This document shows, one piece after another, positions 46,301-56,100 of a DNA stretch of 64,000 nucleotides. Both the position numbers and the translations under genes were made by a program. The DNA is taken from assembly GCA_001600815.1 (NCBI GenBank), contig BCKZ01000030.1:31918-95917 (forward strand), given 5' to 3'. This DNA comes from Alloascoidea hylecoeti (lineage: Eukaryota). Position 1 is the first letter of the stretch. Each line of letters begins with the position of its first letter. The notes below the pieces were generated by a model that was not told where the DNA came from, searched no databases, and worked only from the letters and a program-made list of their open reading frames with translations.

Positions 46301-49300
46301 TGATAAACCAAAAAAAGAAATATTAGCATCTTTTACATGGGCTGGTTTATTTGTACCTCATGATTTTATATTTCATCGATTATTTGATAGTATAACATTA
46401 TGTTTAAAAACAATTAAACAATTAAATCATTCATTGAAAACAAATTCGATAGATTCAATCCTTATTCCAGTAATGGAACCTCCTAAAGCGTTACCAACAA
46501 TTAGACTAAAATCTAAACAATTTAAAATTATTGTTGATGATGATCCTTTTGAATCAAGATTAAGTTTAATTTATCAAATTGGTTTAAGTGAACAAAAAAA
46601 TAGATTATTAAAATTAAATGAATTTGAAATACAATCTAAAAAATTATTAGATATAGCTGAAAGATTATCTACTTCTGAAAAACAAAGAAATAACAGTAAT
46701 GCTAGTCATCCATTGAAAACTTCAAGATCATTTTCAAATTTATTAAAAAGAGCAGAAACACAATATAAATTTAATAGTAATGATAATAATTCAAACTCAA
46801 ACTCAGCAACTAATATAAACATAAATGATAATCATGATCAATCATCATTAAATACAAGTTACCCATCAAATGATGATCATGACTTAAACGACACATCGTC
46901 TTTATCGAACAAATCGAATAAATCAAATACTTCAAATGGAAATGGAAATGTATCTGCGTCTGGAAAATTTAAGTACCTTCATCGATCAGCCACTCGTCTT
47001 AGAAAGTTCTCATCCACTAATGATTTAAACAAAGTAGTAAATCACAGTCAAAGTCAAGATTCAAATATTAGTCATAATAATAATAATAATACATCTCCTT
47101 ATAATTCAACTACATCTTTCAATACATCTGAAAGCAATAGTGTTGAAGAAGCATTAAAAGAAATCCAAAATAGAAAACAAGTCCTTTATGAACATTTATC
47201 AACTTCATGGATTAAACGAATACAAAAGGCAACTATGATTCGAAAAGAAGAAATCGAATCCAATTCATTATTTTTATGGGGGTCTGAAAATGCAAATAAA
47301 TCGTTTATAACTGATAATCATGATGATATATTGCAATTCCCTTATGCAGCACCTTTAATTCATTTAATAATTAATGACTTAAATGCTTTAATTAGAAAAC
47401 CTTTATTCAATTTAAGCGATGGATTATGTGATTTCTTAAATGACGTTGGTAAAAATTTACCGAAAGAAACGGAATTTTCATTATGTTTACCTTTATTTTT
47501 ACTTATTAGCTTTGGAGAAGCAAGATTTCATATAAGAGATTATCCATTACCAATGGTTCATATCCCTAAAATTCATTCAGCTCAACCACAAGATATACCT
47601 GGGGCAGAACTAAGAGGTCATATAGTAGTTGCCGAAGAAATGATAACAGGTATAGAATCGATTAGGAAAGTGTTTGTACCGCTTGTTCCATCAGCAATTG
47701 TAGGAGCGATTGATTCATATTTGGCAAGCTCATTATATTCAGTCACTGCACAAAGGACTATTGGATCAGTTAAAATGTATATTGATTTCACAACAAGGAT
47801 AAACTCAAGAGATTCAACTCAAATTACGTGGGGTCAATCATATCAACCAGCAATCCAAGATTTAATGAGATTATTTGATAACTTCTCAAAACCTCAATTG
47901 GATCCATCTGATAAGATTGGGTTTTGGGATAAATTAAGAATGATTTTCCATGGAAAGTTGAATTTTAATTGGCCTCATGGTGATGTTCAAGTATTACTAA
48001 AAGGTTCAAGAAATCCATATGAGATAATTGGTAAACATTCTGGGTTTGCATTATGTTTTCAAAAGAATGTTAAAATTGCTATTCATGAAACAAATAATCC
48101 AAAGGAACTTTTAATGGTTTCTTCTTATGATATACTACTTGCTATTCCAAATTATTCAATTAATAAACTGTTATATTGGTGTTCTGATGGTAATAATAAT
48201 AATGTTTCCTATGGTGATTTCACAAATGGTAATATTACAGCAAATGATGAAAGAAATAACGGTGGTTTGGTAGAGTTCTTAGATAAAATCGTTATGCGTC
48301 TATCAGGTGGTGTTAAATTCATAATTGGTGTTGTTTTAGAAAGGGATGATGAATATGGTCATAGAGTTTCAACTAGTATACCTCATTATGCTATTAAATT
48401 AAAACATCCTGATTATGTTGATGATATTTCTAAATATGATGCCTATAAAGGTTTTCGAAGTCAATATATTCATCTTGCATTTTCAATTATTTCACCACCA
48501 AGTGATGATTGGAAAAAACCAAATATAATAATGAAACCTGAAGAAACAAGTTATAATGCTTTATATTTAACACCTGGTATATTTTCCCATTTCTTTCATT
48601 GGTGTAAATTATTTGGTGGTAACTTAGCATTACCTGTTAGACATGGAAATTTATTCAAACCTGAAGAAAAACCAACAAAGAAATTTGTATCTCATTTGTA
48701 TACTATTAAATATCAATTGTTGTTATCTCCTTTATATGTTTCACATGTGTATCATCATGCTATGGGGAAAGAAGATTTTAAAAATGATATGAAATTTGCT
48801 GCTACTGGAATTAAAGCAAAAGTTGATTCTTTCTTTATGGATCTTCATCAAAGAAAACAAAAAGTAACATATCATAATAGTAAACTAAATATTACTAAAA
48901 AACTATGGGCAATGCGATTCGATAAAGGTGAAGTAAATTTGTTTGAAGCAGATATTAGAGGTTTATCAGGATCATTTGAATATATGGCTGATAATGACAA
49001 CAATAACAATAATGGGAATTCTGAAATTCCTAAAAATAATAATAATAATAATAGATTATCTTATATTGCAGAAAGTTCTTTCAAATCAATAAGAACGAGA
49101 AATACTTTTGTTGGTAATCATAGCGAATTATCAAACAAGAAAAACTACAGGGTATTTGATAATGATTTTTCATGGGTTGATCTTGAAGATTTTGTTGAGA
49201 TTGGAAATTACACCGCTTTATCTCCGTCTGTGAAACCGATGATTTCTGTTGTTCCACTGATTTTTACTCCAAGATTTTCATATATACGACAAACTGATGG

Positions 49301-52300
49301 TATTTCCTATACTAGTAAGGATAAAGTAACAACTTCACCTGCTGATGATTTCAGTATTTCAGGTAATCCTTATGACCGTTCTAATGAACTCAAAAAGAAC
49401 GAAGAAGAAGAAGATTATGATGAAAATATTGCTCCATTTGGAGATGAGCCATCTCATGATTGTCATATTGGTTTAGTTTCCTTTGGTTCAACGCAACAGA
49501 TGTTGCTTGAACAAAGAATAAAAGAACTAGAAAATGGTCTATTTACAAATTTAAAAATGTTACAAGCGTTTAGAGAAAACTTGGTTAAAAGTCCAGATGA
49601 AGATATGCTTAAAAGTAAGATAAAAGAAATTGAAACAAGCACCTTAGCAATTCAACAACGTCTTGATGGTTATAATATTGTTTTAAATAATGTAACTACA
49701 AAATGGGCAATGAAAGAATTAAGAGGTGAATTAAAAGAAGATGTCGAACGAGCTGATGCTTATCTTGCTTCAATTGAAGAACTTCAAGCAAATGAACAAA
49801 AGGAAAAAAGTTTCCATAATCGTTTCACTTTACATAATGTGTTATGTAAATGGAATCAAGATAGTAGGGATTTGATTCTTCGGTATCTTCATCATGTTAA
49901 TATGAAAAAAAGTATGTCATATTATGCTACATATAGAGCAATTAATCAACTCCAAAATTATATTGCTGAACAAACTGAAAATGAAGACATAGATATAATG
50001 CCTTTTATTGAAAGCTTGGATATTAATGAAGATAACGAATTTGAAGATATGTTAATACCTGATTCAGTTAAAGCCAGTGGAGGTACAGATGATCTGGAAG
50101 ACAATTCAAGTTCCCATTATTCAAGTGACTTAGATGAAACGCCAACAACAGCTAATTTTGATAAGTCTGATAATGCAACATATGAAAGACGGATGAAAAG
50201 CTTTGAACCTGATCTTAGGAAGTGCACAAATGATTCTGAATCTGAGGATACTTATTCGTTGAAGTTAATATCACCTCAAATTCAACTACTGGGGAGCGGC
50301 GACGACTACCAAAATTTTACCTCAAGTGATGATCCCGAATGCGAGAATCAATCATGTATGATTGTATATTCTCAAAGTATTCAAGCAAGTGTTATATCCA
50401 TATTTAAGAAAGGTATTAAAGATATGGCAGGTCTTATTGAAACTAGATATGGAGTAACATTAAGAGAAGCCCAAGTTTTCATAGTTAATAAAAATGAAAT
50501 GAATGATCAATCAATCTTGCATTTCAGAGATAAGAGTTATGGTGCAGCTCATGGTAGAGTCTGGCCTCCATGGTTAGCAAATGAATTATGTTACGATTTT
50601 AGATCATTAAAATCTGCGCTTATTGCTTCTGGAATTACAGCATGTTTGAGATATGATGATATTAATCAAATTTCATCAAAATCTGATTCATCATCCATAA
50701 ATAATGATTCTTCTTTATCAATAGATTCTGGAAATCAAAAACCTAATAAGTTATCACTTTTCTTGCCAAAGGTTACTTCTACATTCACATCTGAACAATT
50801 TACAGGCTTTTATGATATTGTTGTTAATTTATTGATTTATAGTGATCCATCTGGTAAAGAAATTATGGAAAAATTAACTAAGATCATGTTAGCAACTGAT
50901 TTTAGAGAATTAACAGATGCTCCAGCAAGAATCCAATCTCTACAAACGGATATTAATGAGATGAAAAATATAAAATCTACACTTAGTTCAAGAAGATCAA
51001 GATTATCCCCAACGGAGCTTTCAGATTATTATATATTATGTGATAATTTACAAAGATGTCACCTTGAATTATTCTTAATGATGGAAGCTATTACCAAAGG
51101 AATTCAAAAACAAACACATGATAATCATGCCAATCATGGTATTGGAACTGTTGATATTCTTGAATGGTTATTTGGTTGTGATCAGGTTATATGTCATATT
51201 GTTGATAAAAATTCTGATCCACTTATCGATCTTGCAATTGCCCATGGTGAATTTAAAAGAGTCGAATCGAGTGATGGATCTGATAGAAATGCAGTTAATG
51301 TTAGAATGTTACAAGGATTCAATTTAAGTCCAAATGCTTTATATCCTGAATTATTAAGTCCATATTATCAAGATGATAGCGTCTTTTCTATCGCCAGAGG
51401 TATTGGTAGTATTATTACTGAAGATAATGATTTAGTTAGAATCCAATGGAAAATGCTGGAGCCAATCGGTGGTATTAAAGTTATTGAATATCTAAATGTT
51501 ATTATGAAGCCATTGAAAGTTCAACTAGATCAAAAGTCAGCAGAAGCTATATTTGAATTTGCATTCCCAGCAATTAAAAACATGGGTAATAATAATAATA
51601 ATTCACCTAATGGTAATAATGACACATCCAGTCCAAATAGTATATTCGAAAATAATGATGTCTCTAAATCAACTCCACCTATAATTAGTATTTCCGAAGA
51701 TCAAGATAGCGATGTTGAATCCGATTTGGAGAATTCAGATGAAGATAGTATTTCCCAGACCTCAGAAAATGAAAAACCACGTCCATATACCAAATCGCTA
51801 TTTTCATTAAATGTTTTCGATACGAAGAATACAGCAACTCAATCACAGAAACAATTACAACCTAGTTCCCGATCCGTTAAGAGTAAATCGTCGATAATGC
51901 AATTAAGCCAATGGTCCTCGTCGTCAATGTCAGTTAGAGATGTGGGAAGCTCTACCTCTATATCTAATACCTCTGAGTCAGAAGATGACAAAGATGATCA
52001 AGATTATGATATTTCCAAAATGATTTCAAGAGCTTCTAATTATCTTAGTATCCTACAAATGAATATCCCAAGTGTTGTGCTATGTTTATCATATAACGGT
52101 AATGGTTTACATCGTCTAGTTAATGTCCATGAATTTGTCTTCACATTACCAGAATTAAATTATGAAAATAAAACATGGGCTGTTGTTGATATTGTTAAAG
52201 AATTCCGTAATGATGTTTTGAAAACTTTATTAAGTCATACGGGACAGTTACTTGGGAATAAAATGAAACGTCATAATATAGGACATACAAAGATCAGTGA

Positions 52301-52739
52301 ACCATTGAAACAATTATCTACTTATGGAGCCTTTACAACGTTACAAGAACTTCGAGAAGCTAGTAAAACTGTTATTAAAAACCGAAAACGAAGAAGTATG
52401 ATTAAAGAGGAGCCAGCTTTAAATTTGATATCGCCACCCCGCTATGATGAGATTGAAGTCAGCACTAGTACAAGTACTTACAACAAGGCAAGCTCTTATA
52501 GAGCAAGTTCTTATAGAGCACAATTAAGATCATTTCAGAGAAAAATCAGGCCATCATCTGATGCTGTTAGTATTTATACATTTCCAAGTAAAGATGAAGG
52601 AGAAAGAGAAAGATATATAGAAGAAAGTGAAATATCAGAAGAGGCTGAACAACAAGTTAATATAAAAGAGTTTAAGATTAGTGTTAAATCACCTACTAAT
52701 TCTGAATCTTTGAGCTCACCACAAGATTTTAAAATATGA
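43317..52739 (+). CDS. FMP27: Bridge-like lipid transfer protein Fmp27/Hob (BLTP2 family)
   Basis: 3140 aa with an N-terminal TM segment, DDPFESRL, SWIKRI, IRDYPLP, GFWDKLR, DLHQR, WPPW and C-terminal Apt1-like region. HOB1 and HOB2 cannot be distinguished. Confidence 0.9.
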   Translation: MSLKGVFWSILLLNIIFWTALFYVIRKSECFFLDWDTFDFLAINGLSAIFTGVFSINVVKMGLIPQMPNNPYSNWFYGYCNGIRISVDSIDSLLSILNFKNKSRQKKKKPSNSDSNTINLIPSRLQIFAPILKVILLPFKTLRFLINDISIDIHNFLQLNLKKLSFIYNFAKNTNDDGIVGIVIACEGLQLSKHNQFLKLNNLNISIFVKINLKKLYLFDIDVKIQLNDFIIDYLNVNEFTKELKSKLPLKSKPESLNDKNDISMPTFINSISFNLDQFQLINIDIFKSSLLLSNLSLQNLSINLSLLNTSENSSPTSNAFIFKSITTDNQKLFQALFSCSELNLQLTAQSQFFKKLGNNNDIIHEDKIYNLLNISKISYLLKSNILNILSSSPKDLSQLITQSNLTISNPNFEICSNFNEFEQFIKYFEELKINKNKPIIINKNDNENFDDIEYTLKQKISNLIEKLPGKMSFKLFIYEPSIRFLHSIPISKLDDSSNVIEMNKDMNREKKEEEEIDDMDMNGYTISTSQFSLDFIKTIASPDDKNESINNINLNIKIKSILLCFIESSIVRYDFITFEDLKLNVIIKMIKSLETLEINDGDNNNDNGSVLDIDFISSIGSLDIDISEVDIILGIGKVFNEFNNFKFGHQPNKQLPTIEISKDEDENKSIKLQSSEKLYLFLLKTSPLLKTFKFSILNISFKTTTRSIFFDSIKENILNLNDFNNNNNDISDFFRLLQFQISSIIINYNNNDEPLGFNIEILGINCSMMIEVPFKISNNNQNDNQIQFKKSDIIFKTIDFLNIDDFKLILKFDNVSNVTLLNIKFIINSIILNYSITLHFLLMSFIHLLLNLINSPFGYNNLMGNKKKNINNNTPNNKGKKIHVSTCIESKLIDLKFLLPTNFQTKLIFNNLKFFKFADEQLRLLASNIYILVESPIMKKEENNNNFENSIDNDDCTWNRFLCLNEASVDIGNKVATQNEKDNDAIEAMKNDEDDKPKKEILASFTWAGLFVPHDFIFHRLFDSITLCLKTIKQLNHSLKTNSIDSILIPVMEPPKALPTIRLKSKQFKIIVDDDPFESRLSLIYQIGLSEQKNRLLKLNEFEIQSKKLLDIAERLSTSEKQRNNSNASHPLKTSRSFSNLLKRAETQYKFNSNDNNSNSNSATNININDNHDQSSLNTSYPSNDDHDLNDTSSLSNKSNKSNTSNGNGNVSASGKFKYLHRSATRLRKFSSTNDLNKVVNHSQSQDSNISHNNNNNTSPYNSTTSFNTSESNSVEEALKEIQNRKQVLYEHLSTSWIKRIQKATMIRKEEIESNSLFLWGSENANKSFITDNHDDILQFPYAAPLIHLIINDLNALIRKPLFNLSDGLCDFLNDVGKNLPKETEFSLCLPLFLLISFGEARFHIRDYPLPMVHIPKIHSAQPQDIPGAELRGHIVVAEEMITGIESIRKVFVPLVPSAIVGAIDSYLASSLYSVTAQRTIGSVKMYIDFTTRINSRDSTQITWGQSYQPAIQDLMRLFDNFSKPQLDPSDKIGFWDKLRMIFHGKLNFNWPHGDVQVLLKGSRNPYEIIGKHSGFALCFQKNVKIAIHETNNPKELLMVSSYDILLAIPNYSINKLLYWCSDGNNNNVSYGDFTNGNITANDERNNGGLVEFLDKIVMRLSGGVKFIIGVVLERDDEYGHRVSTSIPHYAIKLKHPDYVDDISKYDAYKGFRSQYIHLAFSIISPPSDDWKKPNIIMKPEETSYNALYLTPGIFSHFFHWCKLFGGNLALPVRHGNLFKPEEKPTKKFVSHLYTIKYQLLLSPLYVSHVYHHAMGKEDFKNDMKFAATGIKAKVDSFFMDLHQRKQKVTYHNSKLNITKKLWAMRFDKGEVNLFEADIRGLSGSFEYMADNDNNNNNGNSEIPKNNNNNNRLSYIAESSFKSIRTRNTFVGNHSELSNKKNYRVFDNDFSWVDLEDFVEIGNYTALSPSVKPMISVVPLIFTPRFSYIRQTDGISYTSKDKVTTSPADDFSISGNPYDRSNELKKNEEEEDYDENIAPFGDEPSHDCHIGLVSFGSTQQMLLEQRIKELENGLFTNLKMLQAFRENLVKSPDEDMLKSKIKEIETSTLAIQQRLDGYNIVLNNVTTKWAMKELRGELKEDVERADAYLASIEELQANEQKEKSFHNRFTLHNVLCKWNQDSRDLILRYLHHVNMKKSMSYYATYRAINQLQNYIAEQTENEDIDIMPFIESLDINEDNEFEDMLIPDSVKASGGTDDLEDNSSSHYSSDLDETPTTANFDKSDNATYERRMKSFEPDLRKCTNDSESEDTYSLKLISPQIQLLGSGDDYQNFTSSDDPECENQSCMIVYSQSIQASVISIFKKGIKDMAGLIETRYGVTLREAQVFIVNKNEMNDQSILHFRDKSYGAAHGRVWPPWLANELCYDFRSLKSALIASGITACLRYDDINQISSKSDSSSINNDSSLSIDSGNQKPNKLSLFLPKVTSTFTSEQFTGFYDIVVNLLIYSDPSGKEIMEKLTKIMLATDFRELTDAPARIQSLQTDINEMKNIKSTLSSRRSRLSPTELSDYYILCDNLQRCHLELFLMMEAITKGIQKQTHDNHANHGIGTVDILEWLFGCDQVICHIVDKNSDPLIDLAIAHGEFKRVESSDGSDRNAVNVRMLQGFNLSPNALYPELLSPYYQDDSVFSIARGIGSIITEDNDLVRIQWKMLEPIGGIKVIEYLNVIMKPLKVQLDQKSAEAIFEFAFPAIKNMGNNNNNSPNGNNDTSSPNSIFENNDVSKSTPPIISISEDQDSDVESDLENSDEDSISQTSENEKPRPYTKSLFSLNVFDTKNTATQSQKQLQPSSRSVKSKSSIMQLSQWSSSSMSVRDVGSSTSISNTSESEDDKDDQDYDISKMISRASNYLSILQMNIPSVVLCLSYNGNGLHRLVNVHEFVFTLPELNYENKTWAVVDIVKEFRNDVLKTLLSHTGQLLGNKMKRHNIGHTKISEPLKQLSTYGAFTTLQELREASKTVIKNRKRRSMIKEEPALNLISPPRYDEIEVSTSTSTYNKASSYRASSYRAQLRSFQRKIRPSSDAVSIYTFPSKDEGERERYIEESEISEEAEQQVNIKEFKISVKSPTNSESLSSPQDFKI

Positions 52740-53529
52740 TATGGGAGAATAATTATTATTATTCAACAAACAGAGTGCTTGATAGTAGCTACAAAATGCT
52801 AATATTGATAACTGTTTACTAATATTTTTACAATTAATACAACTAAACCTAACTTTGTATTTTATTAATAATTTATTAATTTAATGATGCTTTATAAACA
52901 AGCTTAAATAACTTCTACTTCATCAATTAATGTAGCAATATGTAATGTTTGGAATAAAAATCAGCTATTCCACTTAATTTTTCGCCTGTGGCACTTAAAG
53001 TCAGCCATATTGATCAATAATTATTGCACACACACATACCAATTGCTTTTTCTATACTATAGCTATAAGATCTTATTATAAATAAATGAATACAACTCGA
53101 GATAGTAAACTAAAATGCTTAATAATGGAAATGGCCGATAATCGCCCGGCATAAGTATGTCACGTGGTAAACAAAGTGAGGGTAACTACCTCACATATGG
53201 GCGGCTTAGCAAGGTATAGCAATCGATATCCCCCTCCCCAAGTTTCAAACAGAGCCTCGGCCCTGACTATGGTATTTGGTTCCCGGTGGGAATACCGCGA
53301 TAGATAACATAATACAGGCAGATAATTCAAATGCTGAAATTATGTGGCTATAAAATTAAATAAAATGTTATGCACTTACCGTATTTGAAACCTGCAAGCA
53401 TGAAAAAGGGAATCTGCAACCTCCTGCATCAGATAAAGAAGGCATCTACAACACTTTGGATTCTATAGGGTGAATGTAAATTGCTATTTTTTTTCTTCTT
53501 CCTTACCACCAATATATATTTTCAGTAAA

Positions 53530-55482
53530 ATGACACTAACCATCATTCAAAACGAAACTTCTGCTGAAGGTACAGCCGAGAAAGCAACTACTAATTCTGA
53601 TGGTACATCGGCAGAATACATACCACTAACCGATGAGCCTAGCACAGATTCTACAAGCAGAAGAAAAAACAAAAAACAAAAAATTGAAAAAAAAGATCAA
53701 ACACCCAAGTCTGGGTCAAAGATGAATAATATTGTAAATGATTCTGAATCATCGATTGTGGATTTGAGCATTCCAAAAGAAACGGTGGATAAAATCAAGA
53801 CAACAAATAAAGGTACTTCCACCATTATTACTACCTCAATTACAGAACAGCAAAATGGTGATATAATTAATTCCAAGGGTGATAATTCCAAACCTTTTAA
53901 TTCTATTGGATTATCATCTACTTGGGAAACTGTAGGAAAAAATGGTAGGAGCATAAAAAATAAAAAGAATAAGAATGATAGTCAAAATAATCAAGGTGAA
54001 GAAGCACATAAGCCTGATTCAAGTATAACTGATGATACTCAAAACGGTACTGATCCCGAATCCTCCCTTCCCAATTCAACCATTTTAGATGAAGTGGAGA
54101 AACCTCAGACAAATGAAGCCACTTCTGCTAATACTACCCCTTCTAGTACTTCAGCAACAGGAAACCAAAATGGTGATATCGTTAATTCAGAGGATGATAA
54201 AAGGATATCTAAGGACAAACATTTAACTGATGGGGCTATTTCAGATATTTGGGAAACTGTAGGAAAAAATGGTAAGAGTATAAAAAATAAACAGAATAGC
54301 CATGATAGTCAAAATAGTCAAGATGAAGAGGCACATAAGCCTGATTCAAATATAACTAGTAATGATCCTCAAAACAGTACTAATTCTGAATCATCGAATA
54401 TCAATTTAACGATCCTAATTAAAATTGTGGAGAAACCCCAGACAAATGAAGTCACTTCTACCAATACAACTACTTCCACCACTTCGACTACAGAAAACCA
54501 AAATGGCGATATAGTTAATCATAGGAATGATAATTCTCTTGCAACAACATATTATGGTAAACAATCAACGGGTAATGATTGGTGTATTGAAGATACTTGG
54601 GAAACTGTAGGAAGAAATGGTAAGAGCACCAAAAATAAACAAAATAAAACCAATAACCAAGATGAAGTACACAAGCCTGAACAAAGTACATGTAGTCATG
54701 ATACTCAAATTAGTACCGATTCTGAATCGTCGCTTTCCAATTCAACCATTCTAGACGAAATTGTGGATCAACCCCATGCAAATGAAATCACTTCTATTGA
54801 TACTTTTACTACAGATACTTCCGCTACTTCAACTACAGGAAGTCAAAATGGTGATATAGTTATTTTTAAGGATGATAAAACACCATCTAAGAACGAAAAT
54901 TTAGCTAATCACAATGGGAATAGTCTCAACAATTGGGAGAATGTAGTGAGGAAAAGAAAATCCAGAAAAAACAAACAGGATGAAGAAGGTGATCGATCAC
55001 CTAGTTCTGAATCAAGTTCAAGCAGTCATAATACTCAAACTAACTATGTTGCTGTTGCATCATTTATTGCAAGTTCAAATCCTTTTTCAGCTTTGTCGAA
55101 TTCGTGGCCAAAAAACGAAGACATCAATTCTCGTGAATCAAAAATAAAGCAACCTCTACATAACAATTCAAGGTCTAAAGCAACAGCAACTGAATCCCGA
55201 GGCCTTAAAGATACAGTGGGAAATGATATAACATCAGTTGAAATTACAAAACCTGACGTGCCCATTATAAATGAGACAAGTACTTCAAGAAAAACGAATA
55301 ATAGGAGCAAGAAGAATCAAAATGAATCTACATCTGAAAGTAAAGAATCATTTAATTTAATCAATGATAATTCAATTAATAATAATACGACAGAAACTAA
55401 TGCTTCTAAAATTGTTACATTGATTTTGATTGTAATTATTTTGTTAATTCTCTATGTTCAAGAAGGCTTAAGATTCAGGTAA
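53530..55482 (+). CDS. Unknown low-complexity protein with about 4 internal repeats and a C-terminal TM anchor
   Basis: First ATG at 53530. Repeats of about 110 aa contain QNGDIV..WETVGKNGKS..AHKPDS. C-terminal IVTLILIVIILLILYV. Confidence 0.7.
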   Translation: MTLTIIQNETSAEGTAEKATTNSDGTSAEYIPLTDEPSTDSTSRRKNKKQKIEKKDQTPKSGSKMNNIVNDSESSIVDLSIPKETVDKIKTTNKGTSTIITTSITEQQNGDIINSKGDNSKPFNSIGLSSTWETVGKNGRSIKNKKNKNDSQNNQGEEAHKPDSSITDDTQNGTDPESSLPNSTILDEVEKPQTNEATSANTTPSSTSATGNQNGDIVNSEDDKRISKDKHLTDGAISDIWETVGKNGKSIKNKQNSHDSQNSQDEEAHKPDSNITSNDPQNSTNSESSNINLTILIKIVEKPQTNEVTSTNTTTSTTSTTENQNGDIVNHRNDNSLATTYYGKQSTGNDWCIEDTWETVGRNGKSTKNKQNKTNNQDEVHKPEQSTCSHDTQISTDSESSLSNSTILDEIVDQPHANEITSIDTFTTDTSATSTTGSQNGDIVIFKDDKTPSKNENLANHNGNSLNNWENVVRKRKSRKNKQDEEGDRSPSSESSSSSHNTQTNYVAVASFIASSNPFSALSNSWPKNEDINSRESKIKQPLHNNSRSKATATESRGLKDTVGNDITSVEITKPDVPIINETSTSRKTNNRSKKNQNESTSESKESFNLINDNSINNNTTETNASKIVTLILIVIILLILYVQEGLRFR

Positions 55483-56100
55483 TTTGGATTCGGATGATGA
55501 AAATGTGAATGAATTTATGATTAGAAAATTTCGCTTGAATAATATGTATAATATTAATTAATTTTATAATCTTAAATGCTCTATTGTAGTTTCTATTCAA
55601 TATTGAAATTGAATTTTATTTCACATGAATATGATGTTCTGTGAGAAACTATTGGGTTTATTAGCTTGAAACATCATGGCTTACATATAAAGAGTAGACG
55701 ATCTCCACTTATAATAAGATAACTGAGAGTATTTAATAGTTTTCCTATAACACTTTAAAATCGCTTACACAACAATGAGCTTAGAGATTTATATTAAACA
55801 ACTAAATGACTATGCAAGAATTGGTGAATCTCAAGGAGGAGAAGGAACAAAAGAAACAATTGATTAATATGGAGATGGGAAGAGTTACTGATCAACAGAA
55901 GCATTCCAAAAGATTATATATTCCATTCTATATTTAATGCCTGAATTTAGTTTTATAGCACCCACGATAGATAATGGAAATGATACAAAGGCTATGGGAC
56001 AAGTCCACTAGCAGGATAGTATACCTGAGAACAGACGTAGATTATATCACACCTCACTCTAACAAAAATCTTATCACTCTTTTGCCACTCTCTTTTGCTA

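Noticed and set aside
53130..53300. GC-rich stretch with small hairpins and GTCACGTG; considered as a tRNA or point centromere
   Set aside because: No cloverleaf or GTTCRA B-box and no AT-rich CDEII after the CACGTG; more likely a promoter.
55776..56060. Possible integrase zinc-finger remnant (RLYIP..HD) upstream of kinase copy 2
   Set aside because: Requires several frameshifts, and the motifs are too short to support.
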